NCBI GenBank assembly: GCA_041651455.1
Contig: JBAZJG010000001.1
Location: 77,173 to 141,172 of the forward strand
Length of the DNA: 64,000 nucleotides
Direction: 5' to 3'
From: Candidatus Omnitrophota bacterium
Lineage (GTDB): Bacteria > Omnitrophota > Gorgyraeia > Pluralincolimonadales > Pluralincolimonadaceae
Every line of letters begins with the position of its first letter. Positions within the stretch are counted from its first letter, which is position 1. The position numbers and the translations under genes are program-made. The notes beneath the pieces are model-generated. The model searched no databases, had not been told where the DNA came from, and saw only the letters and a program-made list of their open reading frames with translations. Below, piece after piece: positions 1 to 9,307 of the stretch.

Positions 1-3000
1 GCAACTAATGCTTTAGATGATATGAGAACTGCACAAAATTTATTGAAGGAAGTGGAGGAGTTTCTCGGTGTGGGAGTAGTGGCGGTATTGGCAGACGCTG
101 GGGGAGGTAAGACACAAATGTCGGCTCAAATTACTGCGCCTCAAACCGATAGACCTGCTGGTATTCTCCTCCATGGCAGAAATCTCCATAGAGGGCAAAC
201 ACTTAATGACCTTGCACACCATTTTTCCATTAATGGCGTGTCCCTTAACAGTATGGAAAATTTGTTGGCAGCATTGGATGCTGCTGGTAAACGTGCAAGA
301 TGTCGCCTTCCAGTAATAATCGATGGACTTAACGAAGCAGAAAATCCTAGAGACTGGAAAGCACCGTTAGCTAGTCTTGGGGTAACTATGAAACGTTACC
401 CTAATGTTCTGGTGGTTTGCACACTACGTACAGGAGAACGTCGCAGAGATGAACAGCAATGGCAGCCACGACTACAAACAAATAATAGAGAGTCGTTTGC
501 AATTATGGCGCTTCCTGATGAGATGCGAAGAGTCGAGAGTGAAGGGTATGGCGAAGATGTTTATGAAGCTGTCGAGAAATATTTCCGATTTTTTAAAATC
601 AATCCCGGGGATGCCGAGATTCCTTTTGATCTCTTCCAGCATCAGCTTACGTTAAGAATATTTTGTGAAGTTACTAATCCCAGGCAGGAATCTGAAGTAA
701 GAGTTGATTATTTTCAGGCACTCTTGTCGCCACTTTTTGAAAAATATGTCACAAATGCTTGCATCCGTATTTCGGAAATGACTAATCTTAAACGTTCGTA
801 TAGTATTGATGAGTTAAGATCAGTTATCTTTAAACTTGGGGTTGAAATGTGGACCGCCCAACATCGAGAAATTAGCGAAAATCATTTTAGAAATACCGTG
901 TTAGATGCTCCGGATTGGGATAGCAGCGTTGTTAATCTATTCGTGCAAGAGGGGATTATTTTCCGAAATCCGGGAGATACTCCGGATGATTTCTTAATCA
1001 CACCTGCTCATGATGCACTTGGTGGGTATCTAATTGCCAAATCTTTACTTGAGAAGTACCAAAATGACACAACGTTCGAATGGCTTAAGAAACAAGATAC
1101 CATCGCTTTATTTAGCAGTGATAACAGTCATCCGTTAGCAGTGGACATTTTTAAATCGTTAGTTTCACTGACTCCGCGATATTTTCATGGTAGCAATCTC
1201 TGGAGAAAAACTTCAGTCTTTTCTGATGCAGCTTTGAGATTTACAGTAGATATTGAACCAACATACATCGATCAGGATACTACTGAGGCCTTGCTTAAAC
1301 TCTTGAAGGATGAACCTAAGAGGCGAAACTTTCTGTTTTCTCGAATTCGAAGAACTAGAAGTGCTGTCAATCATCCGTTAAATGTCAATTTTCTAGATTC
1401 TGCCCTTAAATTAATGTCTATTAACGAAAGAGATTTAAGTTGGACCGAGTGGATAAGAGAAACTCGAGCGGAGAAATTTAAGGATTTGCTCGCGATGGAG
1501 TTACGTTGGAAGCAAGACTTAAGTATGCGAACTCCAGCAGATCAACTTCGTGCAAAATGGATAATGTGGCTTTTGACTTCTACTGACCACGAACTCCGAG
1601 ACATAGCTACGCGCGCTCTTTATTGGTTCGGACGTGGAAATCCTGAATCACTTTTTGCGGAGAGTTTAAATTCACTTAATATTAATGATCCATACGTTCC
1701 GGAACGAATGCTTGCGGCTAGTTATGGTGTCATGATGGCTAAACAAGTCGATTTGACTAACCAGGCATTTGTAAATACTATTTTGCCTAAATATGCGCGC
1801 AATCTTTACGATTCGATATTTGCAAAGGGCGCATCTTTTAGCACAACTCATCTCTTGATGCGTGAGTATGCAACTAGGGTCATTGAAGTTGCAGTATTAC
1901 ATAATCCGAAACTTTTTAACGCAGAAGAGATCAGGAGAACTCAATCGCCATTCTTGGATGGCGGAATTCGCGAATGGGGAGAGAATACAACTTTGAAGGA
2001 AAGTCACGGGGGAGACTCGCCGTTTCGAATGGATTTCGAAAACTACACGATTGGTAGTTTGGTACGAGAACGCAGTAATTACGACTACAAGCATGAAGGC
2101 TATCAAGAAATACGAGCGAAAATTTTGTGGAGAATCGAGCAACTGGGATGGTCTAGTAATCAATTTAAAAATGTAGATGATTCTATCGCTAGTAGCCAAC
2201 ATTGGGGACGAACAAGTCATGATGCAAAGAAAATTGATCGTTATGGAAAAAAGTATTCTTGGATAGCTTTTTTTGAAATGTCTGGATTCTTGAATGATAA
2301 AAGCATTTTGGAAGATTGGCGAGAACGTACCTCTTCTGTAGACATTGATCCCAGTTTCCCTGAGCGCGTTATTAAGGAACGTTTTATTAAGGCTGATTTC
2401 CTTGGTGATCAGCAAATGGACACGAAAGAGTGGATTGCCAATGGTCCGTTACCAGATGTGGGGCCTTGTTTCCGTGTAGCTAAAGTTCAATCTTTAAAAG
2501 GACCCTGGGTCGCTTTGGATGGATTCGTTGTTCAAGAAGACAAAAAGCGCGGTCGAAGAATATTCTGCTTTATTCGTAGCCTTATCGTTGCTAATCGAGA
2601 TGCTCGATCCATACTAAATTATTTGCGTAAGCAAAACATGGGCGGGCGTTGGTTACCGGAAAAACCATCTGTGATTTATACATTCGCTGGAGAAATACCT
2701 TGGTGCGAGACTTTCCCGAAGAACGGGGCTTGTGAAATGTCATTTGTAACAAAAGAAAAAAAAGTGAAAGTTTTGCAGTCCAATCCGGAGTTATATTTAG
2801 ATGGGAAAAAGTTGGGATTGACTCAAATAGAATTGATCCAACATCGTTTATTCGGAACGATTAATGAAAAAGAGAAAATCTCAAATGACTTAAGTGACGA
2901 AGATATCGAGCGCGTTGAAGTTCGAGAAAGCCAGGTCGAAGTCGAGGAGATAAAAAAAGAATTTAAGAAATTCAATGTTTTAATTCCTGTTTGCGATTTT

Positions 3001-3360
3001 GGATGGGAAGGATATCAAACTGAAGCAAGTGATGCGGGGCATGCTACTACGTTAGCCAAGGAAATAGCTTTTGATTTAGAGTTAATTGGACAACCACAGA
3101 CGTTTGATCTATTTACGAAAGATGGTAAGCGTAGCACGCTTAATGTTTCTGACCAGAGCGGCGATTACAATAATCATCAATCTATGTTTTTTATCCGGGA
3201 AGATTTGCTTAAAACATATCTTAAGAAAAATAATTCTACGATGATTTGGGCAGTTTGGGGAGAACGAGAGTATTCCTATGACCAGCTTGAGAAACTCCGG
3301 AATGATCCAAATCGTCCGGCACAGACATATGCTGTGTATAGTTTCATAAAAAAGTATTGA
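1..3360 (+). CDS. NACHT/STAND-family P-loop NTPase, 5'-truncated. The reading frame is open to the window start with no in-frame stop upstream of the ATG at 22. The product is longer than 1112 aa; the C-terminal repeat/sensor region is unassigned.
   Basis: Walker A ADAGGGKTQ near the visible N-terminus and the NACHT-type Walker B PVIIDGLNEAEN are both present. The protein is large and multidomain, and the segment is strongly AT-rich compared with everything downstream. Confidence 0.5.
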   Translation, partial: ATNALDDMRTAQNLLKEVEEFLGVGVVAVLADAGGGKTQMSAQITAPQTDRPAGILLHGRNLHRGQTLNDLAHHFSINGVSLNSMENLLAALDAAGKRARCRLPVIIDGLNEAENPRDWKAPLASLGVTMKRYPNVLVVCTLRTGERRRDEQQWQPRLQTNNRESFAIMALPDEMRRVESEGYGEDVYEAVEKYFRFFKINPGDAEIPFDLFQHQLTLRIFCEVTNPRQESEVRVDYFQALLSPLFEKYVTNACIRISEMTNLKRSYSIDELRSVIFKLGVEMWTAQHREISENHFRNTVLDAPDWDSSVVNLFVQEGIIFRNPGDTPDDFLITPAHDALGGYLIAKSLLEKYQNDTTFEWLKKQDTIALFSSDNSHPLAVDIFKSLVSLTPRYFHGSNLWRKTSVFSDAALRFTVDIEPTYIDQDTTEALLKLLKDEPKRRNFLFSRIRRTRSAVNHPLNVNFLDSALKLMSINERDLSWTEWIRETRAEKFKDLLAMELRWKQDLSMRTPADQLRAKWIMWLLTSTDHELRDIATRALYWFGRGNPESLFAESLNSLNINDPYVPERMLAASYGVMMAKQVDLTNQAFVNTILPKYARNLYDSIFAKGASFSTTHLLMREYATRVIEVAVLHNPKLFNAEEIRRTQSPFLDGGIREWGENTTLKESHGGDSPFRMDFENYTIGSLVRERSNYDYKHEGYQEIRAKILWRIEQLGWSSNQFKNVDDSIASSQHWGRTSHDAKKIDRYGKKYSWIAFFEMSGFLNDKSILEDWRERTSSVDIDPSFPERVIKERFIKADFLGDQQMDTKEWIANGPLPDVGPCFRVAKVQSLKGPWVALDGFVVQEDKKRGRRIFCFIRSLIVANRDARSILNYLRKQNMGGRWLPEKPSVIYTFAGEIPWCETFPKNGACEMSFVTKEKKVKVLQSNPELYLDGKKLGLTQIELIQHRLFGTINEKEKISNDLSDEDIERVEVRESQVEVEEIKKEFKKFNVLIPVCDFGWEGYQTEASDAGHATTLAKEIAFDLELIGQPQTFDLFTKDGKRSTLNVSDQSGDYNNHQSMFFIREDLLKTYLKKNNSTMIWAVWGEREYSYDQLEKLRNDPNRPAQTYAVYSFIKKY

Positions 3361-3482
3361 TTCTACGGGGAAAACTAAAGGCGCCATTTTTTTATAAAGA
3401 GCCGATGAACGAATAAGATGTTTTGGTCGTTTTTTAACCGAAGGTTATGAAAAACAGAGATGCGCAAAATCATTGAAAACAT

Positions 3483-5519
3483 ATGAACGATAATCAGATA
3501 CAAAGAAATAAAATATTTCTAGTTACCTTCGGCTGCCAGATGAATTTCCGGGATTCGGAGGAGATAGCCGGTTTATTCATGAAGAAGGGGTATGCCCTTG
3601 CGGATTCCCCGGAAGAGGCGGATGTCGCTATATTCAATACCTGCTCGGTCAGGAAGCATGCCGAGGACCGCGCGATAAGCAACATAGGCGAGCTGAAGGC
3701 GCTGAAGAAGAAGCGCCCCGGCATGGTCATAGGCGTAGTCGGTTGCATGGCGAAGGCGCAGGGCGACAAAATAATCGAGAGGCTGCCGATAGTCGATTTT
3801 ATCGCCGGCCCCGCCAACATCTATGATATCCCCGGCATAGCCGAAGGCATACTCGCGGAGAGGAAAGAAGCCGTCATTGCGACGGATAAGAACGCGCGGC
3901 CGTACGTCGGCAACATAGCCTACCATACAAAGGGCATTTCGGCCCTCGTTACGATAATGGAGGGCTGCAATAATTTCTGTTCTTACTGCATCGTGCCATA
4001 CGTAAGGGGGCGCGAGGTCAGCAGGCCGTCCGGCGATGTCATTGAAGAGATCAGGGCGCTCGCGGAGTGCGGCTACAAAGAGGTCACATTGCTTGGGCAG
4101 AACGTGAATTCGTATACGGATTTCACGGGATTGCTCAAAGAGATAAACGGTGTAACGGGCATCGAGCGGATACGGTTCCTGACGAGCCATCCGAAGGATG
4201 CGGGGGAGGATCTCTTCAGGGCGATGCGCGACCTGCCGAAGGTATGTGAGCATCTTCATTTGCCCTTGCAGTCCGGTTCTGATAGAATACTTAAGTCGAT
4301 GAACAGGGGATATACGTCATCTGATTATCTTAAGAAGGTCGAGATGCTGCGCAAACATGTCCCCGATTGCGCGATAACAACAGATGTCATAGTGGGGTAC
4401 CCCGGCGAGTCCGATGAGGATTTCGGGAAGACCAAAAAGCTTATCGAGGATATAGGGTTCAACTCGGCATTCATATTCAAGTATTCGCCGCGGCCTCCGG
4501 CGAAGGCGAGCGGCCTCGAGGATGATGTCCCGAAGAAAACGAAGGAAGAACGCAACCAGGCGCTTCTCAGGCTGCGCGATAAGATATCTGACGCGAAGGA
4601 CAGGGAGTTCGTAGGCAGGCAGACGGAGGTCCTTGTCGAGAGCATATGCAGAAAGGAAAAGCATAAAGTGACGGGCAGGAACAGGCAGAACATAAAGGCG
4701 GTCTTCGAAGGCGGCAGGGAGCTGATAGGGACGCTAAAAAATGTAAAGGTAAGCTCGGTCGTCGGGCATACGCTCGCGGGCGGCGCGCTGATGTTCATGG
4801 TATTATTCGCGGCAGCCGCGGCAGCGGCGCCCGTTTTCGCGGAGACGGTCGAGGAATATTTCGTCGGCGGCGATTACGAGAATACGGTACGAGAAGGCGT
4901 AAAGCAGGTCGGCAATTCAAAGGAACAGGATAAGCTCTATTATATGATAGGCACAAGCCTGAACAAGATCGGCAGGTATGACCTCGCGAGGAAGAACTTC
5001 AACCAGCTCGTGAGCGCATTTCCCCGCAGCAGGTTCTGCCCGCTGGCACAGCTCGGTATCGCGGACAGCTATTACCTTACCGGGGATTATAAGAACGCGT
5101 TCACGGAGTATGAAAAATATATGACGAAATACCCTAACGCCGGGGGCGGCGCGACAGCGTATTTCAGGCTCGCGAAGAGCGCGCAGAAGGAAGGCAAATG
5201 GCAGGCCGCGCGCAACTATTACCAGAAAGTGAAAAGCGAATTCCCGATGAGTTTCGAGGCGCAGATGGCCGCGCAGGCCCTAGGCGATGAGATACTCTTC
5301 TTTACCGTGCAGGTCGGATCCTTCAACAAGAAGTCGAACGCCCTGAAGCTCTGCGATGAGCTTGTGAAAAAAGGGTACGAGGCGTCGATAGTGAAGCCGG
5401 AACAGCCGGGTGAGGGGTCCTACAAGGTCCGCGTAGGAAAGCTCGACGCGAGGGAAGGGGCGGAAGAACTCGCGAAGAGACTGCGCGCCGAGGGCCTGCC
5501 CACCAAAGTCCTGCCTTAA
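3483..5519 (+). CDS. miaB: tRNA-i6A37 methylthiotransferase MiaB. It is fused in-frame, with no stop codon, to a signal-peptide/TPR/SPOR-domain module that begins at ATG 4791.
   Basis: The N-terminal 436 aa have the MTTase N domain, radical-SAM motif CNNFCSYC, and the TRAM ending ...GTLKNVKVSSVVGHTLAGGAL. The next residue starts MFMVLFAAAAAAAPVFA-ETV, a signal-peptide-like stretch with an AxA site. TPR-like repeats follow, then a SPOR-type motif (FTVQVGSF...YKVRVGKL). Confidence 0.85.
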   Translation: MNDNQIQRNKIFLVTFGCQMNFRDSEEIAGLFMKKGYALADSPEEADVAIFNTCSVRKHAEDRAISNIGELKALKKKRPGMVIGVVGCMAKAQGDKIIERLPIVDFIAGPANIYDIPGIAEGILAERKEAVIATDKNARPYVGNIAYHTKGISALVTIMEGCNNFCSYCIVPYVRGREVSRPSGDVIEEIRALAECGYKEVTLLGQNVNSYTDFTGLLKEINGVTGIERIRFLTSHPKDAGEDLFRAMRDLPKVCEHLHLPLQSGSDRILKSMNRGYTSSDYLKKVEMLRKHVPDCAITTDVIVGYPGESDEDFGKTKKLIEDIGFNSAFIFKYSPRPPAKASGLEDDVPKKTKEERNQALLRLRDKISDAKDREFVGRQTEVLVESICRKEKHKVTGRNRQNIKAVFEGGRELIGTLKNVKVSSVVGHTLAGGALMFMVLFAAAAAAAPVFAETVEEYFVGGDYENTVREGVKQVGNSKEQDKLYYMIGTSLNKIGRYDLARKNFNQLVSAFPRSRFCPLAQLGIADSYYLTGDYKNAFTEYEKYMTKYPNAGGGATAYFRLAKSAQKEGKWQAARNYYQKVKSEFPMSFEAQMAAQALGDEILFFTVQVGSFNKKSNALKLCDELVKKGYEASIVKPEQPGEGSYKVRVGKLDAREGAEELAKRLRAEGLPTKVLP

Positions 5520-5520
5520 T

Positions 5521-6438
5521 ATGTCGAATAAGCTGGTGTTCATCGTAGGCCCCACGGCGATAGGCAAGACCGGCATATCGTTCGAGCTCGCTAAGCTGGT
5601 AGAATGCGAGATAATATCGTGCGATTCGATGCAGGTCTACCGGGGCATGAACGTCGGCACGTCCAAACCGGCGAAGGTCCTGCTTAGTTCCATACCGCAT
5701 CATCTCGTCGATATAATAGAGCCGTCCGAGGAGTTCTCGGTCGCGCAGTTCCGCGCGCTGGCGGTAAAAGCCATAGAAGACATAATATCCCGCCGCAAGA
5801 CGCCTCTCCTGGTCGGCGGCAGCGGCCTCTACGTGAAGGTCCTTATAGACGGCATATTCGAGGCGCCCGTGACCGACAGGGAGCTAAGGCAAAGGCTTGA
5901 GCAGGAGGCGGAGGAATTCGGCGTCGGGCAGCTTTACGCGCGATTGACCCAAGTTGACGCGGAGGCGGCGAAAAAGATCCACGCCAACGACCTGCGGAGG
6001 ATAATCAGGGCGCTGGAGGTCTTCGAGAAAGCGTCGGCGCCGATATCCGAACTCAGGAAGAAGACATCCGGGCTCGGGGATAAATACGACGTAAGGATAT
6101 TCGGGCTCGAGATGGAACGCTCGGCGCTGTATGATAAGATAGACGAAAGGGTCGAGCAGATGTTCTCCGAAGGCCTGGTCAACGAGGCGAGGGCCCTGAT
6201 GGAGGGGAAACTCAGCCTGACCGCGTCGCAGGCGCTCGGGTACAGGGAAGCCTTTGGTTATCTTGCGGGCGACTACGACATTGAGGAAGCCAAAAGATTG
6301 GCTAAGAGGAATACAAGGCATTTCGCGAAAAGGCAGATGACGTGGTTCAAGCGCGACCCGCGCATTGAATGGATAATGCTTGAAAAGGATTTCGATACAG
6401 AGGAGAAAGCAAGGGCGATATGGAAAAAGCTCTCTTAG
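5521..6438 (+). CDS. miaA: tRNA dimethylallyltransferase MiaA
   Basis: The P-loop [11 protein letters not shown] and the motifs [17 protein letters not shown] are present; the size is 305 aa and it lies immediately after miaB. Confidence 0.9.
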   Translation: MSNKLVFIVGPTAIGKTGISFELAKLVECEIISCDSMQVYRGMNVGTSKPAKVLLSSIPHHLVDIIEPSEEFSVAQFRALAVKAIEDIISRRKTPLLVGGSGLYVKVLIDGIFEAPVTDRELRQRLEQEAEEFGVGQLYARLTQVDAEAAKKIHANDLRRIIRALEVFEKASAPISELRKKTSGLGDKYDVRIFGLEMERSALYDKIDERVEQMFSEGLVNEARALMEGKLSLTASQALGYREAFGYLAGDYDIEEAKRLAKRNTRHFAKRQMTWFKRDPRIEWIMLEKDFDTEEKARAIWKKLS

Positions 6439-7682
6439 TAACCGTAGAATTCTTCGACAAGAAATATAAGGACACATGGCGGCTCGACGATATCAATTTC
6501 GAGCTCAGGGAGCTTGTGAGGTCGGCGGGACTGCAGGTCGTAGACCTTATAGAATGCTTCAAGGACAAACCGGTTGCCGGGCATTATATAGGGAAGGGGA
6601 AAGCCGAGGAGATTAGTTCTATCTGCAAGGATAAAGGAGCCGATGTCGTGATATTCGGCGATGACCTGACTTCTTCGCAGCAGCAGAACCTCGAGGAGTC
6701 GATAGGTGTAAAGGTCATTGACAGGACGCAGCTCATACTCGATATTTTCGCGCGAAGGGCCCATTCGACCGAAGGCAAGGTGCAGGTAGAGCTCGCGCAG
6801 CTCGAATACCTGCTGCCGCGCCTCAAGGGAAAGGGCATCATGCTCTCGCGGCTCGGAGGCGGCATAGGCACGAGGGGCCCCGGCGAGCAGAAACTCGAGA
6901 TGGACCGCAGGAAGATAAGGGAGAAGATCTCGAGACTGAAAGACGATCTCTCAAAGATCCACGAACGCAGGGGAGAACTCCGGCGCAGGCGCCATGAGGG
7001 CGAGATCTCGATAATATCGCTGATAGGATATACGAACGCGGGAAAATCGACGTTGTTGAACGCGCTCACGGATTCGGACGTGCTGTCGCAGGACAGGCTC
7101 TTCTCAACGCTGGACCCGACCGCGCGCAGGTTCGTGCTGCCGAACAACCAGAAGGTCGTCTTCGTAGATACGGTCGGTTTCCTGCACAGGCTCCCGCACC
7201 ATCTCATAGAGGCGTTCAAGGCTACGCTGGAAGAGGTTGCCGAAGCGGATATAATAATACATGTCCTCGATGCGTCGAGCCCGATGGTGCATGAGCTCAG
7301 CCAGGCGGTATACGAGGTGCTCGAAGAGCTGGATATACGAGATAAGACGATAATAACTGTGCTGAATAAGTCAGATAAGGTAGAGGACAAAGCGGTCATC
7401 TCGAGGTTACTGCGCGAATTCGACAACTCCATAGCGATATCGGCCCTGAAGAAGGAGAACCTGGAAGAGCTCGTCCAACGGGTCTCGATGATTTTGTTCG
7501 CCTCGCTCGTCTATGTAAAAGCCGTAATCCCGCAATCGGAAGGCAAGCTCCTGAGCCAGATCTACAAGGAATCCAGCATAATAAGCCGCGACTTCAAGGG
7601 TGAGTGCGTCTACCTGGAAGCGGATATGCCGGTCCGTCTAAAAAATTTACTTGACAAAAAAGGCTTTTGTGATAAACTCTAG
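6420..7682 (+). CDS. hflX: GTPase HflX
   Basis: It has the HflX N-domain and the G-domain motifs [19 protein letters not shown] and NKSD, and its start overlaps the miaA end by 19 nt. Confidence 0.9.
   Translation: MEKALLVTVEFFDKKYKDTWRLDDINFELRELVRSAGLQVVDLIECFKDKPVAGHYIGKGKAEEISSICKDKGADVVIFGDDLTSSQQQNLEESIGVKVIDRTQLILDIFARRAHSTEGKVQVELAQLEYLLPRLKGKGIMLSRLGGGIGTRGPGEQKLEMDRRKIREKISRLKDDLSKIHERRGELRRRRHEGEISIISLIGYTNAGKSTLLNALTDSDVLSQDRLFSTLDPTARRFVLPNNQKVVFVDTVGFLHRLPHHLIEAFKATLEEVAEADIIIHVLDASSPMVHELSQAVYEVLEELDIRDKTIITVLNKSDKVEDKAVISRLLREFDNSIAISALKKENLEELVQRVSMILFASLVYVKAVIPQSEGKLLSQIYKESSIISRDFKGECVYLEADMPVRLKNLLDKKGFCDKL
7651..7678 (+). promoter_or_regulatory. Sigma70-like promoter (TTGACA-16 nt-TAAACT) lying in the 3' end of hflX, directly upstream of CIRCE
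   Basis: TTGACA sits at 7651-7656 and TAAACT at 7673-7678. This position is the one expected for the heat-shock operon promoter. Confidence 0.45.
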
Positions 7683-7709
7683 TTAGCACTCGGGCGAAAT
7701 GAGTGCTAA
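7683..7709 (+). promoter_or_regulatory. CIRCE operator (HrcA binding site), a perfect TTAGCACTC-N9-GAGTGCTAA
   Basis: The sequence ttagcactc gggcgaaat gagtgctaa is an exact match to the CIRCE consensus and sits immediately 5' of hrcA-grpE-dnaK-dnaJ. Confidence 0.9.
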
Positions 7710-8769
7710 TGGGGAAAGCCAAATGGTTGTAACCGATTATATATCAAGGAGAAACAACATCCTCGAGGTGGTTGTCGATTCTTATGTATCGACCGCCGCC
7801 CCGGTCGGCTCACTTGCCGTTTCCAAGAAGCTAAGGGAGCGCCTGAGCCCGGCGACAATCAGGAATATCATGTCCGAACTGGAAGAGGTCGGCTATATAA
7901 TGCATCCGCACACCTCGGCCGGAAGGATACCCACGGACAGGGGATACAGGTATTTCGTCGATTCGATAATGGAGCCGAAGCAGCTGACCCAGGACGAGAA
8001 GGAGTTCGTCGAAGGCGCCTTGAGCCAGGAGGCGGATGAGCTTGAGGACCTTATAAAGAGGGCGGCGCGCATAGTATCGGGGCTGACGGGACAGACATCT
8101 ATGGTCAGCTTCCCGAGGGCGAAGAGAAGGACCTTCAAGAGGATAGAGCTTATCCCCGCGACGAGGACGAAGGTATACGCATTGCTCTTCACGGCGCAGG
8201 GGCTCGTGAAGCACTCGATATTCGAGATACACGAGACGCTCGAGGAGTCGGAACTCTCGAAGGTGTCGAAGTTCCTGAACGACGAGCTCGACGGCCTGCA
8301 GCTGAACGAGATCGCGGACCACCTGCTCAGGAGGGTCATAGGGGAGAACGACCCGTTCCACCACCTGTTCAAGGAGGCGACGGAGCTGCTCAACATGTCG
8401 CATATCCTCGAGGACAGCGGCGAGAGGATATTGCTCGACGGCGCGCACCATATGATGGAGCAGCCGGAGTTCAGGGACTCGGACAAGGTCAAGCGCCTGC
8501 TGAAGATACTCGAGGAAGAGGAAGAGATCCTCGATATAATGGACCAGGACATGAACGAGCAGAACGCAAGGATACATATAGGTTCGGAGAACCCCTACGA
8601 TGACATCAGGGAATGCAGCATAGTGATATCGAATTACAGGATAGGCAACAGGAACGTCGGCAGCATCGGCGTGATAGGGCCGACAAGGATGGACTATACG
8701 AGGGCCGTCCCCGCCGTTGAATTCGTAGGCAACGCGTTCAGCAGGCTCCTTACAAGGCTAAGCGAGTAA
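7699..8769 (+). CDS. hrcA: Heat-inducible transcription repressor HrcA. The true start is probably ATG 7723, because ATG 7699 lies inside CIRCE.
   Basis: The wHTH region PVGSLAVSKKL...SPATIRNIMSELEEVGYI...SAGRIPTDRGYRYFVD is typical of HrcA, and the gene sits at the operon position expected for hrcA. Confidence 0.85.
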   Translation: MSANGESQMVVTDYISRRNNILEVVVDSYVSTAAPVGSLAVSKKLRERLSPATIRNIMSELEEVGYIMHPHTSAGRIPTDRGYRYFVDSIMEPKQLTQDEKEFVEGALSQEADELEDLIKRAARIVSGLTGQTSMVSFPRAKRRTFKRIELIPATRTKVYALLFTAQGLVKHSIFEIHETLEESELSKVSKFLNDELDGLQLNEIADHLLRRVIGENDPFHHLFKEATELLNMSHILEDSGERILLDGAHHMMEQPEFRDSDKVKRLLKILEEEEEILDIMDQDMNEQNARIHIGSENPYDDIRECSIVISNYRIGNRNVGSIGVIGPTRMDYTRAVPAVEFVGNAFSRLLTRLSE

Positions 8770-8772
8770 TAT

Positions 8773-9306
8773 ATGGATGAGCATAAGAAGGTAAAGATAA
8801 CCGAGGAAGAACTGTCCGCGCTGAAAGAGAGCGCGGCAAAGGCGGAAGAATGCGCCGAGAAGATGCTGCGGATGCAGGCGGATTTCGAGAACAGGAAGAA
8901 GAGGCAGGATAAGGAGAAACTGGATTTCCTGAGGTTCGCGAACGAGGGCATCATCACGGAGCTGTTGAGGGTAATGGATGATTTCGAGCGCGCTATCGAC
9001 TCGGCGAAGAATACGAACGACACGAAGGTGCTGCTGCAGGGGATCGAGATGGTCAGGCGCGACTTCGAGGATATACTGAAGGAGAACGGGCTTAAGGTGA
9101 TCGACCCCGCCGGGCAGCCGTTCGACCCGGAGAAGCACGAAGCGGTGGAGCACGTAGAGGATGTGGTTCACCCCGAGAATACCGTGCTCGAGGTCATGAG
9201 GAAAGGGTATGAGCTTAACGGAAAGGTTTTGAGGCCGGCGGCAGTGAAGGTCTCGAACAAGAAGGAAGAAGAAACTACGGAAGAAAAATCAGAGGAGGAA
9301 AAATAA
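8773..9306 (+). CDS. grpE: Nucleotide exchange factor GrpE
   Basis: GrpE-like coiled-coil and C-terminal beta domain are present, and it lies between hrcA and dnaK. Confidence 0.88.
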   Translation: MDEHKKVKITEEELSALKESAAKAEECAEKMLRMQADFENRKKRQDKEKLDFLRFANEGIITELLRVMDDFERAIDSAKNTNDTKVLLQGIEMVRRDFEDILKENGLKVIDPAGQPFDPEKHEAVEHVEDVVHPENTVLEVMRKGYELNGKVLRPAAVKVSNKKEEETTEEKSEEEK

Positions 9307-9307
9307 A

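Noticed and set aside
3361-3482. An island-boundary attachment site or terminator (ggcgccattttttt)
   Set aside because: It has only a 6-nt palindrome plus a T-run, and no flanking direct repeats or tRNA are visible in the window. It is insufficient evidence for an att site.
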